Shown here: positions 29,188 to 38,610 of the stretch, piece by piece | How the letters are laid out: each line of letters starts with the position of its first letter | How positions within the stretch are numbered: position 1 is the first letter of the stretch | From: an uncultured Myxococcales bacterium | GTDB taxonomy: Bacteria; Myxococcota_A; UBA9042; CAIXZC01 | Assembly (NCBI GenBank): GCA_903895725.1 | Contig: CAITUV010000048.1 | Location: forward strand, 8,474-72,473 | Direction: 5' to 3' | DNA: 64,000 nucleotides | Made by a program: the position numbers and the translations under genes | The notes under the pieces: model-generated | Databases searched by the model: none | What the model saw: only the letters and a program-made list of their open reading frames with translations | Told to the model about the DNA's origin: nothing

Positions 29188-29684
29188 GCATCGCCGACAT
29201 CCTCTTCTACTGTCTCGCTCTGCTGACCGTGGGAAGCGCTGCCTGGGTCGCATTCTCCCGCAACATCGTGCATTCGGCGTTTGCCCTGCTCGGGACGTTC
29301 TTCGGGGTGGCCGGCCTGTACGTGTTCCTCAGCGCAGACTTCCTGGCGGTGGTCCAGGCGCTCGTGTATGTGGGCGGTATCCTCGTGCTGATCCTGTTTG
29401 CGGTGATGCTGACCGGACGGATCGGCGACGTGCAGGTGACGAACCGTTCCGCCGGCCTGGTCCCGGGGCTCCTCCTGCTCGTGATGATGGTGGCGCTGCT
29501 GGCCGGGCTTGCCGTCAACACCCCCTGGCCGGTGTCGGTACCCGGACCGGCCTCGCCCACGACCGCTGCCATGGGGGATGCACTGCTGTCCGAGTATGTC
29601 CTCCCGTTCGAGGTGATCTCGGTCCTGCTCATCGCCGCGCTCATCGGGGCGGTGACGCTCGTGCGCAAGGAGGAGGACAGATGA
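29184..29684 (+). CDS. nuoJ: NADH-quinone oxidoreductase subunit J
   Basis: ATGA overlap; VYVGGILVLILFAVML, LPFEVISVLL. Confidence 0.95.
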   Translation: MSIADILFYCLALLTVGSAAWVAFSRNIVHSAFALLGTFFGVAGLYVFLSADFLAVVQALVYVGGILVLILFAVMLTGRIGDVQVTNRSAGLVPGLLLLVMMVALLAGLAVNTPWPVSVPGPASPTTAAMGDALLSEYVLPFEVISVLLIAALIGAVTLVRKEEDR

Positions 29685-29989
29685 CCGTAGGACTCGTGCA
29701 CTACCTGGTGGTGGCCGCTGCGCTCTTCTCGCTGGGCCTGTTCACCGTGCTGACCCGGCGGAATGCCGTGGCGATTCTCATGGGCGTCGAGCTGATCCTG
29801 AATGCCGCCAACGTCAACTTCGCTGCGTTTTCCAGGTTTACGGCCCAGAACGTGGGCGGCCAGGTGATGGCCCTGTTCGGGATCGTGCTGGCCGCTGCCG
29901 AAGCATGCGTGGCGCTGGCAATCGTGCTGGCCGTGTTCCGGACGTTCCGGAGCGTGGACGTCAACGACACCGACAAGCTGAGAGGGTAG
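29681..29989 (+). CDS. nuoK: NADH-quinone oxidoreductase subunit K
   Basis: ATGA overlap; RRNAVAILMGVELILNA, AAAEACVALA. Confidence 0.95.
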   Translation: MTVGLVHYLVVAAALFSLGLFTVLTRRNAVAILMGVELILNAANVNFAAFSRFTAQNVGGQVMALFGIVLAAAEACVALAIVLAVFRTFRSVDVNDTDKLRG

Positions 29990-29991
29990 GC

Positions 29992-32073
29992 GTGGAACTG
30001 CATCCCTTCCCCTACTTGTTTCTGATTCCGCTTTTCCCGCTTCTGGGGGCGGTGGTCAATGGTCTCTTCGGAGCGCGGCTCCAGCGGCGCATGGGAAAGA
30101 ATGCCGTCCATGCCCTGGCCATCGCGATGCCGTGGGCCTCGTTCGCCGTGGCCGCAACCGCCTTTGCCACACTGGCGGGGCTGAGCGGCGAAAGTGCGGT
30201 GCACCAGTCCCTCTGGCCCTGGTTCTCCATCGGGCAGTTCAATGCGGACATGGCGTTCTCCATGGACCGGCTCAGCGGAGTCATGACGCTCATCGTCACG
30301 TTCGTCGGCAGCCTCATCCATGTTTACTCCACCGGCTACATGCATGACGAGCAGTCCTATTGGCGGTTTTTCGCGTACCTCAACCTGTTCATGTTCGCCA
30401 TGCTCGTCCTGGTGCTCGGGGACAGCTTCCTGACCATGTTCGTCGGATGGGAAGGGGTCGGCCTGTGCTCGTATCTCCTCATCTCGTTCTGGTACAAGGA
30501 CTCGAAGAACGCGGCTGCCGGCATGAAGGCCTTCGTGGTGAACCGGGTCGGAGATGCCGGCTTCCTCATCGGTCTGGCATTGCTCATCTGGGCCCTGTTT
30601 CCTGAGAACCTCACCGGCTTGTCCTTTCGTGAAGTGCAGGAGGTCGTGACGAACCCGGCGGTTCGAGATCGCCTCCTGTCCTCCGAGGTATTCGGCGTGG
30701 GCCTCGTGAGCCTGATCTGCGTCCTGTTCTTCGTCGGTGCCACCGGCAAGAGCGCTCAGATCCCGCTCTATGTCTGGCTTCCCGATGCCATGGCCGGTCC
30801 GACGCCCGTGTCCGCCCTGATCCACGCGGCCACCATGGTGACCGCAGGCGTGTACATGGTGGCCCGGTTGAACTTCCTGTTTGCGCTGAGCCCCGCGGCC
30901 ATGACCGTGGTGGCAACGGTCGGCGCGCTCACCGCCATCTTTGCCGCGACCATCGGCCTGTTCCAGTACGACATCAAGAAGGTGCTTGCGTACTCGACTG
31001 TCAGCCAGCTCGGCTTCATGTTCATGGCGGTGGGGGTAGGGGCCTACTGGGTCGGCATTTTCCATCTCATGACCCATGCATTCTTCAAGGCGTGCCTCTT
31101 CCTCGGGGCCGGCAGCGTGATCATGGGCTGTCACCACGAGCAGGACATGCGGCACATGGGCGGTCTCTCGAAGCTGATGCCGGTGACCGCCATCACGTAC
31201 CTGCTGGCGTGCTTTGCCATTGCAGGATTCCCGTTCTTCTCCGGCTTCTTCTCGAAGGACGAGATTCTGTGGAAGGTGTTCGACACCGGCAACCTGCTCC
31301 TTCCGGGCGGCGGCAAGCTGCTCTGGCTGCTGGGGGCCCTGGCCGCTGTATGCACGTCGTTCTACATGTTCCGGTCCTACTACCTGACGTTCTCTGGAGC
31401 TTACCGTGGGCACGGTTACCCCCACGAATCTCCCCGGAGTGTCACATTCGTGCTGTCGATCCTGGGCATCCTGTCCGTGGTCGGCGGTTACGTCGGCCTC
31501 CCGATCCTGTGGGGCCTTCCCAACTGGTTCGAGCATTGGCTGGAGCCGGTGTTCGAGCCGTCGGCCCCGTTCATCCTGTCCGCGGGGGGCACGCACGCGA
31601 CAGAGTGGACCCTGATGCTGGCGTCGGTGGGCATCGCACTGGCCGGATTCCTGGCGGCACGCTGGCTTTACAAGGGTGCGGCAAATCCGGTGCCTGCGCG
31701 GCTGCTGAGCAGCCCCAACCCGGCGCTTCGCTTCGTTCATCGCCTGGTCTTCAACAAGTACTATGTCGACGAGGCCTACCAGGCCGCGTTCGTTCGCAAA
31801 AGCCTCGATTTGAGCCGGGTGCTGTACCGGTTCGACCAGGGGGTCATCGACTTCATCGTGAACGCGTGCGGAACCGTGTCCCGGTTCTTCTCCGCCATCC
31901 AAGGGTGGATCGACTACCGCCTGGTGGACGGCATGGTCAACGGCGTTGCCACGCTGATGGTCACCGGAGGGCGTGTCCTCAAGGTGACCCAGACGGGGCG
32001 CATTCAGTCGTACGTCTACGGCATCATGGGCGGGGCCATTGCCCTGGTCGTGGCTGCCTGGTGGCTGTACTAG
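29992..32073 (+). CDS. nuoL: NADH-quinone oxidoreductase subunit L
   Basis: GTG 29992; GWEGVG, KAFVVNRVGD, GKSAQIPLYVWLPDAMAGPTPVSALIHAATMVTAG, HAFFKA. Confidence 0.97.
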   Translation: MELHPFPYLFLIPLFPLLGAVVNGLFGARLQRRMGKNAVHALAIAMPWASFAVAATAFATLAGLSGESAVHQSLWPWFSIGQFNADMAFSMDRLSGVMTLIVTFVGSLIHVYSTGYMHDEQSYWRFFAYLNLFMFAMLVLVLGDSFLTMFVGWEGVGLCSYLLISFWYKDSKNAAAGMKAFVVNRVGDAGFLIGLALLIWALFPENLTGLSFREVQEVVTNPAVRDRLLSSEVFGVGLVSLICVLFFVGATGKSAQIPLYVWLPDAMAGPTPVSALIHAATMVTAGVYMVARLNFLFALSPAAMTVVATVGALTAIFAATIGLFQYDIKKVLAYSTVSQLGFMFMAVGVGAYWVGIFHLMTHAFFKACLFLGAGSVIMGCHHEQDMRHMGGLSKLMPVTAITYLLACFAIAGFPFFSGFFSKDEILWKVFDTGNLLLPGGGKLLWLLGALAAVCTSFYMFRSYYLTFSGAYRGHGYPHESPRSVTFVLSILGILSVVGGYVGLPILWGLPNWFEHWLEPVFEPSAPFILSAGGTHATEWTLMLASVGIALAGFLAARWLYKGAANPVPARLLSSPNPALRFVHRLVFNKYYVDEAYQAAFVRKSLDLSRVLYRFDQGVIDFIVNACGTVSRFFSAIQGWIDYRLVDGMVNGVATLMVTGGRVLKVTQTGRIQSYVYGIMGGAIALVVAAWWLY

Positions 32074-32086
32074 GGGGGAGCTCGAG

Positions 32087-33751
32087 ATGGAATACCAGAG
32101 CACGAGCACACTGTTGAGTTGGATGGTCTTCACGCCCCTTCTCGGGGCCGTGGCGATTCTCCTGGCCATGGCATTCCGGGGCACGCTGCGCCTGGAAGGG
32201 AAGTGGATGGACGATTTCGCCCGCGTCGTGGGCGTCGCCAGCATGACTGCGGTCGTCCTCATGGGCATTGCTCTCTACCTGGGCTTTGACGGGAAGAGCA
32301 CGGCCGTGCAGTTCATCCACCACTTCGTCTGGATCCGGGAGTACAACATCGAGTACTTCCTCGGCGTCGACGGCGTGAGCATCACCATGGTCCTGCTGAC
32401 CGCTGCCGTGGGATTCGTGGGCATGCTGGCCTCGGTCCCCTGGTGGGGGAAGCTGGACGATCATCATCACCCCCACTTCTCGAAGCGTCGGGTCCCGGGC
32501 TACATGGTCCTTTTCCTCCTGCTCCAGACCGGAATCATGGGGACCTTCTGCGCACTCGACTTCTTCATGTTCTACATGTTCTGGGAGCTGATGCTCCTGC
32601 CCATGTATTTCCTCATCGGCATCTGGGGAGCCCCCACGCGGACCGAGGCTGACGGTCGCGTCCGGGGCGGGCCGTATGCGGCCATCAAGTTCTTCCTGTA
32701 CACCCTGGCCGGGAGCGTCCTCATGCTGCTGGCCATGATTGCGCTGTACTACACGTCCGGCCCGGCCACGCTGGTCGACGGAACCCCCACGCAGCATACG
32801 TTCAACCTGCTCTACCTGGCCCGCATGGGGCAGCAGGGGCTGTTCGCAGGTGCGGCACCGATCCTGGGAATGGCCTTCTCCAAGGTGGTGTTCGTCGGCC
32901 TCTTCATTGCGTTCTCCATCAAGGTTCCGATGTTCCCCTTCCACACGTGGCTTCCCGATGCTCATGTCGATGCTCCCACCCCGATCTCCGTGATCCTGGC
33001 GGGCATCCTCCTCAAGACGGGAGCCTACGGAATCCTGCGGTTCAACTTCTCGATCCTGCCCGAGGCGGCGAACTGGGCCGCGTATGGGATTGCCGTGTTC
33101 GGGGCGATCAACATCGTGTATGCGGCCTTCGTCTGCATGGCACAGAAGGACCTCAAGAAGCTGATTGCTTACTCGTCGGTCAGTCACATGGGCTTCTGCC
33201 TGCTGGGCTTTGCAGCCATGACGCCCCAGGCCATGAGCGGAGCGGTGTTCGTCATGGTGGCGCACGGGATCATCTCTCCCATGCTCTTCCTCATCGCCGG
33301 GGTCGTGTACGACCGGGCGCACACCCGTGACATCAACGGGTTTGGCGGACTGGCGTCCAAGTTGCCCGAATACGCGGGCATCACCGGGCTGGCGTTCATG
33401 GCATCGCTCGGCCTGCCGGGCCTTGCCGGCTTCGTCGGCGAGGTGCTGGTGTTTCTCGGTGCGTTCGGCTCGGCCATCGCCGGCTTCAAGGTGCTGGTCA
33501 TGGTGAGCGTGGTTGCCGTCATCATCACCGCGGCGTACTACCTCTGGACCATCCACCGGATGTTCCTCGGGCCGCTCAACGAGAAGTGGGCCGGGCTGTG
33601 GGATATGAACTGGCGTGAGCGCTTCACCCTTTACCCGCTGGCTGTGCTCACCGTCCTGTTCGGCTTCTACCCGATGCCCCTGTTCGACTTGATGAACCCG
33701 ACACTCGGCTGGCTGGTGGAAACGGTTTCGAGAGTCGGCAACATCCTCTAG
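32087..33751 (+). CDS. nuoM: NADH-quinone oxidoreductase subunit M
   Basis: ATG 32087; FWELML, KVPMFPFHTWLPDAHVDAPT, KKLIAYSSVSHMG. Confidence 0.97.
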   Translation: MEYQSTSTLLSWMVFTPLLGAVAILLAMAFRGTLRLEGKWMDDFARVVGVASMTAVVLMGIALYLGFDGKSTAVQFIHHFVWIREYNIEYFLGVDGVSITMVLLTAAVGFVGMLASVPWWGKLDDHHHPHFSKRRVPGYMVLFLLLQTGIMGTFCALDFFMFYMFWELMLLPMYFLIGIWGAPTRTEADGRVRGGPYAAIKFFLYTLAGSVLMLLAMIALYYTSGPATLVDGTPTQHTFNLLYLARMGQQGLFAGAAPILGMAFSKVVFVGLFIAFSIKVPMFPFHTWLPDAHVDAPTPISVILAGILLKTGAYGILRFNFSILPEAANWAAYGIAVFGAINIVYAAFVCMAQKDLKKLIAYSSVSHMGFCLLGFAAMTPQAMSGAVFVMVAHGIISPMLFLIAGVVYDRAHTRDINGFGGLASKLPEYAGITGLAFMASLGLPGLAGFVGEVLVFLGAFGSAIAGFKVLVMVSVVAVIITAAYYLWTIHRMFLGPLNEKWAGLWDMNWRERFTLYPLAVLTVLFGFYPMPLFDLMNPTLGWLVETVSRVGNIL

Positions 33752-33762
33752 GAGGGAAGGCC

Positions 33763-35268
33763 GTGCCCGCACAGCTTACATCGATGTCGAGCCTGTCCCT
33801 CTTCGCACCGGAGCTTGTCCTGTCCGGCGCGATGGCCGTGCTCCTGGTCGTGGACCTGCTCCTCCGGGAATCGCCCTCGAAGCGGCGGGTTCTCGGAGTT
33901 CTGGCCATCGGCGGTCTCCTGCTTGCCGGACTCGCCCTGCGTCCGGTCGCGTGCGAGGCCCCCACGACCTTCTTCTCGGGGATGATCGCGCTCGATCCCA
34001 TGGCGGTCTTCTTCAAGGGCTTCTTCGTTCTCGTGGGGATCTTGGGAGTGCTGCTCGCCCTGATCTCCGCCGAGCTGGAAACCGTCCGAATCGGGGAGTA
34101 CCTGGCGCTGATTCTCAGCCTCGTACTCGGAATGTCCCTGCTGGCCAGCGCCTCGAATCTGCTGATGATCTACCTGTCGCTGGAGCTCGTGTCGATTCCG
34201 TCGTACGTGCTCGCCGGTTTCCGCAAGGGGGACCGCCAGGGGAGCGAAGGTGCGCTGAAGTACGTCATCTACGGGGCCGTGGCATCGGGAATCATGCTCT
34301 TCGGGATGTCGCTGATCTACGGGTTGTCCGGTACCCTGGACGTGCAGGATCTGCGCCGCGTGGTGTTTGCGGCGGCCTCAAATCCGGCCATCTCGGCGGC
34401 GCTCCTGGTCGGCCTGATGCTGACGCTGGCCGGGTTCCTCTACAAGATTGCGGCGGTCCCGTTCCACATGTGGTGCCCCGATGTCTACCAGGGGGCCCCC
34501 ACGCCGTTCACCGCGTTCCTCTCGGTGGGACCCAAGGCTGCCGGCTTTGCCATCCTCGTCCGCTTCTTCCACGTGGCGTTCGTGGACCGGAGCGGTGCCG
34601 GTGCCGCCGCTGGGCTCCCCTGGCCGGTCATCTTCGGAATCATCTCCATGTCCACCATGACGCTGGCCAACCTGGTGGCCCTGACGCAGACCAACGTCAA
34701 GCGGCTGCTGGCCTGGTCTTCGGTGGCCCATGCCGGGTACATCCTCATGGGCTTCTCCCTGGCAAATTCCCAGGGGGTGCACGCAATCCTGCTCTACCTG
34801 ATCCTCTACCTCGTGATGAACCTGGGGGCATTCCTCGCCGTGATGGCCGTCCGCGATGCCACCGGGTCGGAGGACCTCTCGGCCTACCGCGGCCTGTCCT
34901 CCCGCTCCCCGGCTGTGGCAATCTCGATGGCGGTGTTCCTTTTCTCCCTCACCGGCCTCCCGCCGCTGGCCGGATTCATCGGCAAGTTTTACATCTTCGC
35001 CGCGGTGCTCAACGAGGGGGGCCTCTTCTACTACGCACTGGCGCTCGTCGGCGTGGTCAATTCCGTGGTAAGCCTCTACTACTATGCGCTCGTCGTGAGA
35101 GCGATGTTCCTTGAATCCGCTCCGGCTCAGAGCCCTCGCCTGGCCGTGAGCCCTGCCTACGTCGCTCTGCTGTTCACGCTCGTGATTCCGACCGTGGTGC
35201 TGGGGATCTACTGGCAGCCGCTGTCGGAGCTCGCCTCGGCTTCGCTGGGGTTGTACATCGGACGCTAG
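33763..35268 (+). CDS. nuoN: NADH-quinone oxidoreductase subunit N
   Basis: EGALKY, KIAAVPFHMWCPDVYQGAPTP, KRLLAWSSVAHAGY, SLTGLPPLAGFIGK. Confidence 0.96.
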   Translation: MPAQLTSMSSLSLFAPELVLSGAMAVLLVVDLLLRESPSKRRVLGVLAIGGLLLAGLALRPVACEAPTTFFSGMIALDPMAVFFKGFFVLVGILGVLLALISAELETVRIGEYLALILSLVLGMSLLASASNLLMIYLSLELVSIPSYVLAGFRKGDRQGSEGALKYVIYGAVASGIMLFGMSLIYGLSGTLDVQDLRRVVFAAASNPAISAALLVGLMLTLAGFLYKIAAVPFHMWCPDVYQGAPTPFTAFLSVGPKAAGFAILVRFFHVAFVDRSGAGAAAGLPWPVIFGIISMSTMTLANLVALTQTNVKRLLAWSSVAHAGYILMGFSLANSQGVHAILLYLILYLVMNLGAFLAVMAVRDATGSEDLSAYRGLSSRSPAVAISMAVFLFSLTGLPPLAGFIGKFYIFAAVLNEGGLFYYALALVGVVNSVVSLYYYALVVRAMFLESAPAQSPRLAVSPAYVALLFTLVIPTVVLGIYWQPLSELASASLGLYIGR

Positions 35269-35279
35269 CGGGGCCGCCT

Positions 35280-35334
35280 CATCGATTGCGCCCCATCGAT
35301 TGCGATTCCCTCCGCCTTCACGATGCGCTACACT
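35280..35334 (+). promoter_or_regulatory. Direct repeat (catcgattgcg x2) upstream of a -10-like TACACT
   Basis: Copies at 35280-35290 and 35294-35304; TACACT at 35329-35334; precedes ATG 35368. Confidence 0.4.
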
Positions 35335-35367
35335 ACGAGACGGGACGCCAGCCGGGGGGAGGTGAGG

Positions 35368-35745
35368 ATGATCGTTCTGACCGTGCGATGCCCTCATTGC
35401 GGAGCCGACCTGATGGACAACGACAACCGGATGGACGGGGTTCCGTCGATTCGCCTGGCAACCTCCAGCTCGCTGGGGAACCGTGACATCGGACTGTCCG
35501 CCGTGTACGGCAGCTTCCAGGTTCGCTCCCAGCGTCAGATGACATCCGGGGAGACGGTGTTGTTCGCTTGTCCGACGTGCAGGAGGCAGTTGCTGTTTCC
35601 GGAGGGCTGTCCCCAATGCGAGGCGACGCTCGTTCGTCTCGAGCTCATCATAGGAGGCCATGTCGTGTTCTGCTCGCGCCGTGGGTGCAAGTTCCACCGC
35701 CTGGACGTGTCCGACCGGTCACGTCTCGCCGAGCTGATGCGCTAG
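35368..35745 (+). CDS. Small Cys-rich putative metal-binding protein (about 125 aa)
   Basis: ATG 35368 after GGAGGTGAGG; CPHC, CPTC, CPQC, CSRRGCKFH motifs. Confidence 0.8.
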   Translation: MIVLTVRCPHCGADLMDNDNRMDGVPSIRLATSSSLGNRDIGLSAVYGSFQVRSQRQMTSGETVLFACPTCRRQLLFPEGCPQCEATLVRLELIIGGHVVFCSRRGCKFHRLDVSDRSRLAELMR

Positions 35746-35770
35746 ACTTCACATTGACCGGGAGGAGAAG

Positions 35771-37348
35771 TTGAGCTTCAAGGATGACGATGGAGTAGGA
35801 CCGCAGAGCAGCGGGGGTGAATCAGCGGCCTCGTCGGCCGACGAGGGATCGGCAACAGGAAGGCGCAGGCGGCGCCGCCGGAAGGGGAGGGGGCGCACTG
35901 CGGAAGGGGAGGCCGGTTCCGTGCAGGCAACCGATCCCCCTGCCGGCAACGCCCCGGCCGCAGCCGACGAGTTGGCGCAGGACAGTTGGGACATCGACGA
36001 ATTTCGCGTGCCGCCCGCCCCGGGCAAGATGCGCTTCCACGACCTCGAGCTTCCCTTGGAAATGATGCACGCCATAGCGGACCTCGGATTCGAGTACTGC
36101 ACTCCCATCCAGGCTGCGGCGCTCCCCGTGGCGCTCGCAGGACGGGACGTCTTCGGCCGGGCTCAGACCGGTACCGGAAAGACCGCAGCGTTCCTGATCT
36201 CGCTGCTCGTCCGGCTGCTGCAGCATCCCCCCGAGGGACGCCGGCGCAAGGGGACGCCCAGGGCTCTGATCCTGGCCCCCACCCGGGAGCTCGTGATGCA
36301 GATCCATGCCGATGCCCTGGCACTCGGCTCCTACCTTCCCCAGCACGTCCTGGCCGTGTTCGGAGGCATGGACTACAACCGCCAGGAGCAGGCGCTCAAG
36401 GCGCTCCCGGTCGACATCCTCGTGGCCACGCCCGGCCGACTCCTCGACTTCAAGCGACGGCACATCATCGAGCTCTCCGAGGTGGATTCCCTCGTCATCG
36501 ACGAGGCCGACCGGATGCTCGACATGGGGTTCCTTCCCGACGTGTCCAACATCATCCGGAGCACGGCCCCCAGGGAGCAGCGCCATACCATGCTGTTCAG
36601 CGCCACGCTGACACCGGAAGTGCGTCGCCTGGCGTCGCAGTGGACTCGAGACCCCATCCAGATCGACATCGAGCCGACCCAGGTCGCAGTGGATACCGTC
36701 GAGCCGGTGACCTACATCGTGACCGATGCCGAGAAGCTTACCGTGCTGGTCAACCTCGTGAAGAAGCGGGAGCTGACCCGAGTGCTCGTCTTCTGCAATC
36801 GACGCGATCAGACGGCCCGCATCTGCGATCATCTGCAGGCCTACGGAATCGAGGCCGAGCAGATTTCCGGCGACGTGCCGCAGAAGACCCGAGTCACGAC
36901 TCTGGGCCGCTTCCGGCAAGGGGACGTGCGGGTGCTCGTCGCAACCGACGTGGCTGCCAGGGGGATTCACGTCGACGGCATCAGCCACGTGGTGAACTAC
37001 GACCTGCCGGAGAATCCGGAGGACTACGTCCATCGGATCGGCCGGACCGGGAGAGCCGGGGAGCATGGCACGTCCATCAGCTTCGCGTCGGAGACGGACG
37101 CGTTCTACGTGGAGCCCATCGAGGCCTTCATCGGCCGTCCGCTGCCACGCACGTTCCCGGATGAGGCCGAGCTGCTCGAGCCGTTGCCCCCGCCGCTGCG
37201 ACCGCTGAAGGAGCGGGAGCGACGCCGAGGCCGGGATGATGGACGTCCGGGAGGGCGGAGCGGAAGACCGGGCGGGAGCCGCATGGGCGGGCGCGATGGC
37301 AGCCGCAGCAGCGGGCGCACCGGGAGCTTCAGGAAGCGGGGGCGTTAG
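35771..37348 (+). CDS. rhlB: ATP-dependent DEAD-box RNA helicase, RhlB-like
   Basis: TTG after GGAGGAG; RFHDL...LGFEYCTPIQ, AQTGTGKT, PTREL, DEAD, SAT, ARGIH, HRIGRTGR; RG-rich tail. The rhlB subfamily call is less certain than DEAD-box. Confidence 0.8.
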   Translation: MSFKDDDGVGPQSSGGESAASSADEGSATGRRRRRRRKGRGRTAEGEAGSVQATDPPAGNAPAAADELAQDSWDIDEFRVPPAPGKMRFHDLELPLEMMHAIADLGFEYCTPIQAAALPVALAGRDVFGRAQTGTGKTAAFLISLLVRLLQHPPEGRRRKGTPRALILAPTRELVMQIHADALALGSYLPQHVLAVFGGMDYNRQEQALKALPVDILVATPGRLLDFKRRHIIELSEVDSLVIDEADRMLDMGFLPDVSNIIRSTAPREQRHTMLFSATLTPEVRRLASQWTRDPIQIDIEPTQVAVDTVEPVTYIVTDAEKLTVLVNLVKKRELTRVLVFCNRRDQTARICDHLQAYGIEAEQISGDVPQKTRVTTLGRFRQGDVRVLVATDVAARGIHVDGISHVVNYDLPENPEDYVHRIGRTGRAGEHGTSISFASETDAFYVEPIEAFIGRPLPRTFPDEAELLEPLPPPLRPLKERERRRGRDDGRPGGRSGRPGGSRMGGRDGSRSSGRTGSFRKRGR

Positions 37349-37417
37349 GGGGCCCGGAGGGTAGCATCACAGGCAGGCTATCGTTCTGGATTCCACCGGC
37401 GGGACCGCACCAGCCGA

Positions 37418-38392
37418 TCAGGACTCAGCGGACTTTCTCGACGACAGCCTCAGCGCGTCCATCACCCTCAAGTTTGCCACCGCGTCCTGAACAGGCCAGC
37501 GAGGGCTCGAACGTCCGGTGCAGGCATCGACGAAATCCGCAACCTGGAGGCTGTAAGAGTTGCTGCCGGCAACCCGGATCAACCGGTCCTCCTGGCCATG
37601 GCGCTGCAGCCGGATGGAAGCCTCATCGTCCCCCGGGTGCCAGGGGCTGTCGAGCACGAAAGAGCCGGTGGTTCCCTGAATCACGGCCTGGTGCCGCTCC
37701 GCGCTCCGGATGCTCGTGAAGAAGCGTGCCAGGACTCCGTTGGGGAATTGGAGGATGCCGGTCATCGAATCATCCACCTGGGCTCCGACCGACGCCGCCT
37801 CCACGCGACTTGGCTCACAACCGGCAACTCGTCGCGAGAGGTTGATGCAGTAGCAGCCCACGTCGGCAAGAGCACCTCCTCCGAGCTCCGCCGAATCCAC
37901 GATGGAGCCCGGCTCGTCCAGCAGGAAGGAGAACACGCTGTCCATGGCGACGACCGAACCGATGAGCCCCGAATCGAGCAGCTCGAACAGGCGGGTGTAG
38001 ACCGGATGGTGTCGGTACATGAAGGCCTCGACGACCACACGACCCGACCGGCGTGCGGCGGCTTCGATTTCCTCGGCCTCCCGAACATCGAGGGCAAGCG
38101 GCTTCTCGCACAGAACATGCAGTCCCGCCTCGAGGGAGCGAACGGCCCACTCCCGGTGCAATGAGTTCGGAAGGGGGATGTACACCGCGTCCACGTCACC
38201 GCTCGAGATCAGGGCGTCGTAGGAGGCAAACGCAGCCGGAATTCCGTATCGGGCGGCAAATGTCCGGGCTCGATCGCCAGTCCGGCTCGCCACCGCAGTC
38301 AGACAGGAGCCCGAGTGTCCCACGATGGCGGGAATCATTCGTTCACAGATGGATGCGGTGCCCAGAATCCCCCAGCGCAGTTGTCGGCTCAC
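37418..38392 (-). CDS. Gfo/Idh/MocA family oxidoreductase (about 324 aa)
   Basis: GTG 38392 after GGAGGAGG; LRWGILGTA, AVYIPLPNSLH, HVLCEKP, EAFMYRHHP, GGGALADVGCY. Confidence 0.92.
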   Translation of the reverse strand: MSRQLRWGILGTASICERMIPAIVGHSGSCLTAVASRTGDRARTFAARYGIPAAFASYDALISSGDVDAVYIPLPNSLHREWAVRSLEAGLHVLCEKPLALDVREAEEIEAAARRSGRVVVEAFMYRHHPVYTRLFELLDSGLIGSVVAMDSVFSFLLDEPGSIVDSAELGGGALADVGCYCINLSRRVAGCEPSRVEAASVGAQVDDSMTGILQFPNGVLARFFTSIRSAERHQAVIQGTTGSFVLDSPWHPGDDEASIRLQRHGQEDRLIRVAGSNSYSLQVADFVDACTGRSSPRWPVQDAVANLRVMDALRLSSRKSAES

Positions 38393-38530
38393 GGCGGCCT
38401 CCTCCGGTGCACGTCGATGGACGGAGGACGGGATGGCAAAGGCTTGCCCGTTCTCCGTGCGGTGCATCTCGTCAGCGGCAATCTACTTCCCGGCCGCTCC
38501 GGGCGCAAGCGGGAACGCTGCCGTGGACAG

Positions 38531-38570
38531 CCGTTTCCGCTTGACACGAAACGGGCCGAATGCACACACT
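38531..38570 (+). promoter_or_regulatory. Putative his operon promoter with an inverted repeat straddling the -35
   Basis: TTGACA (38541-38546)-N18-CACACT; ccgtttc (38531-38537) / gaaacgg (38548-38554) inverted repeat. Confidence 0.5.
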
Positions 38571-38610
38571 TGGCTCCTGGAAGGCGGCTCTAGACCGTGA
38601 AGGAGGCCCC

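Noticed and set aside
38470-38610. Possible His leader peptide or attenuator (ATG CAC at 38560)
   Set aside because: It has a single His codon, is in frame with hisG without a stop, and has no terminator/antiterminator pair.
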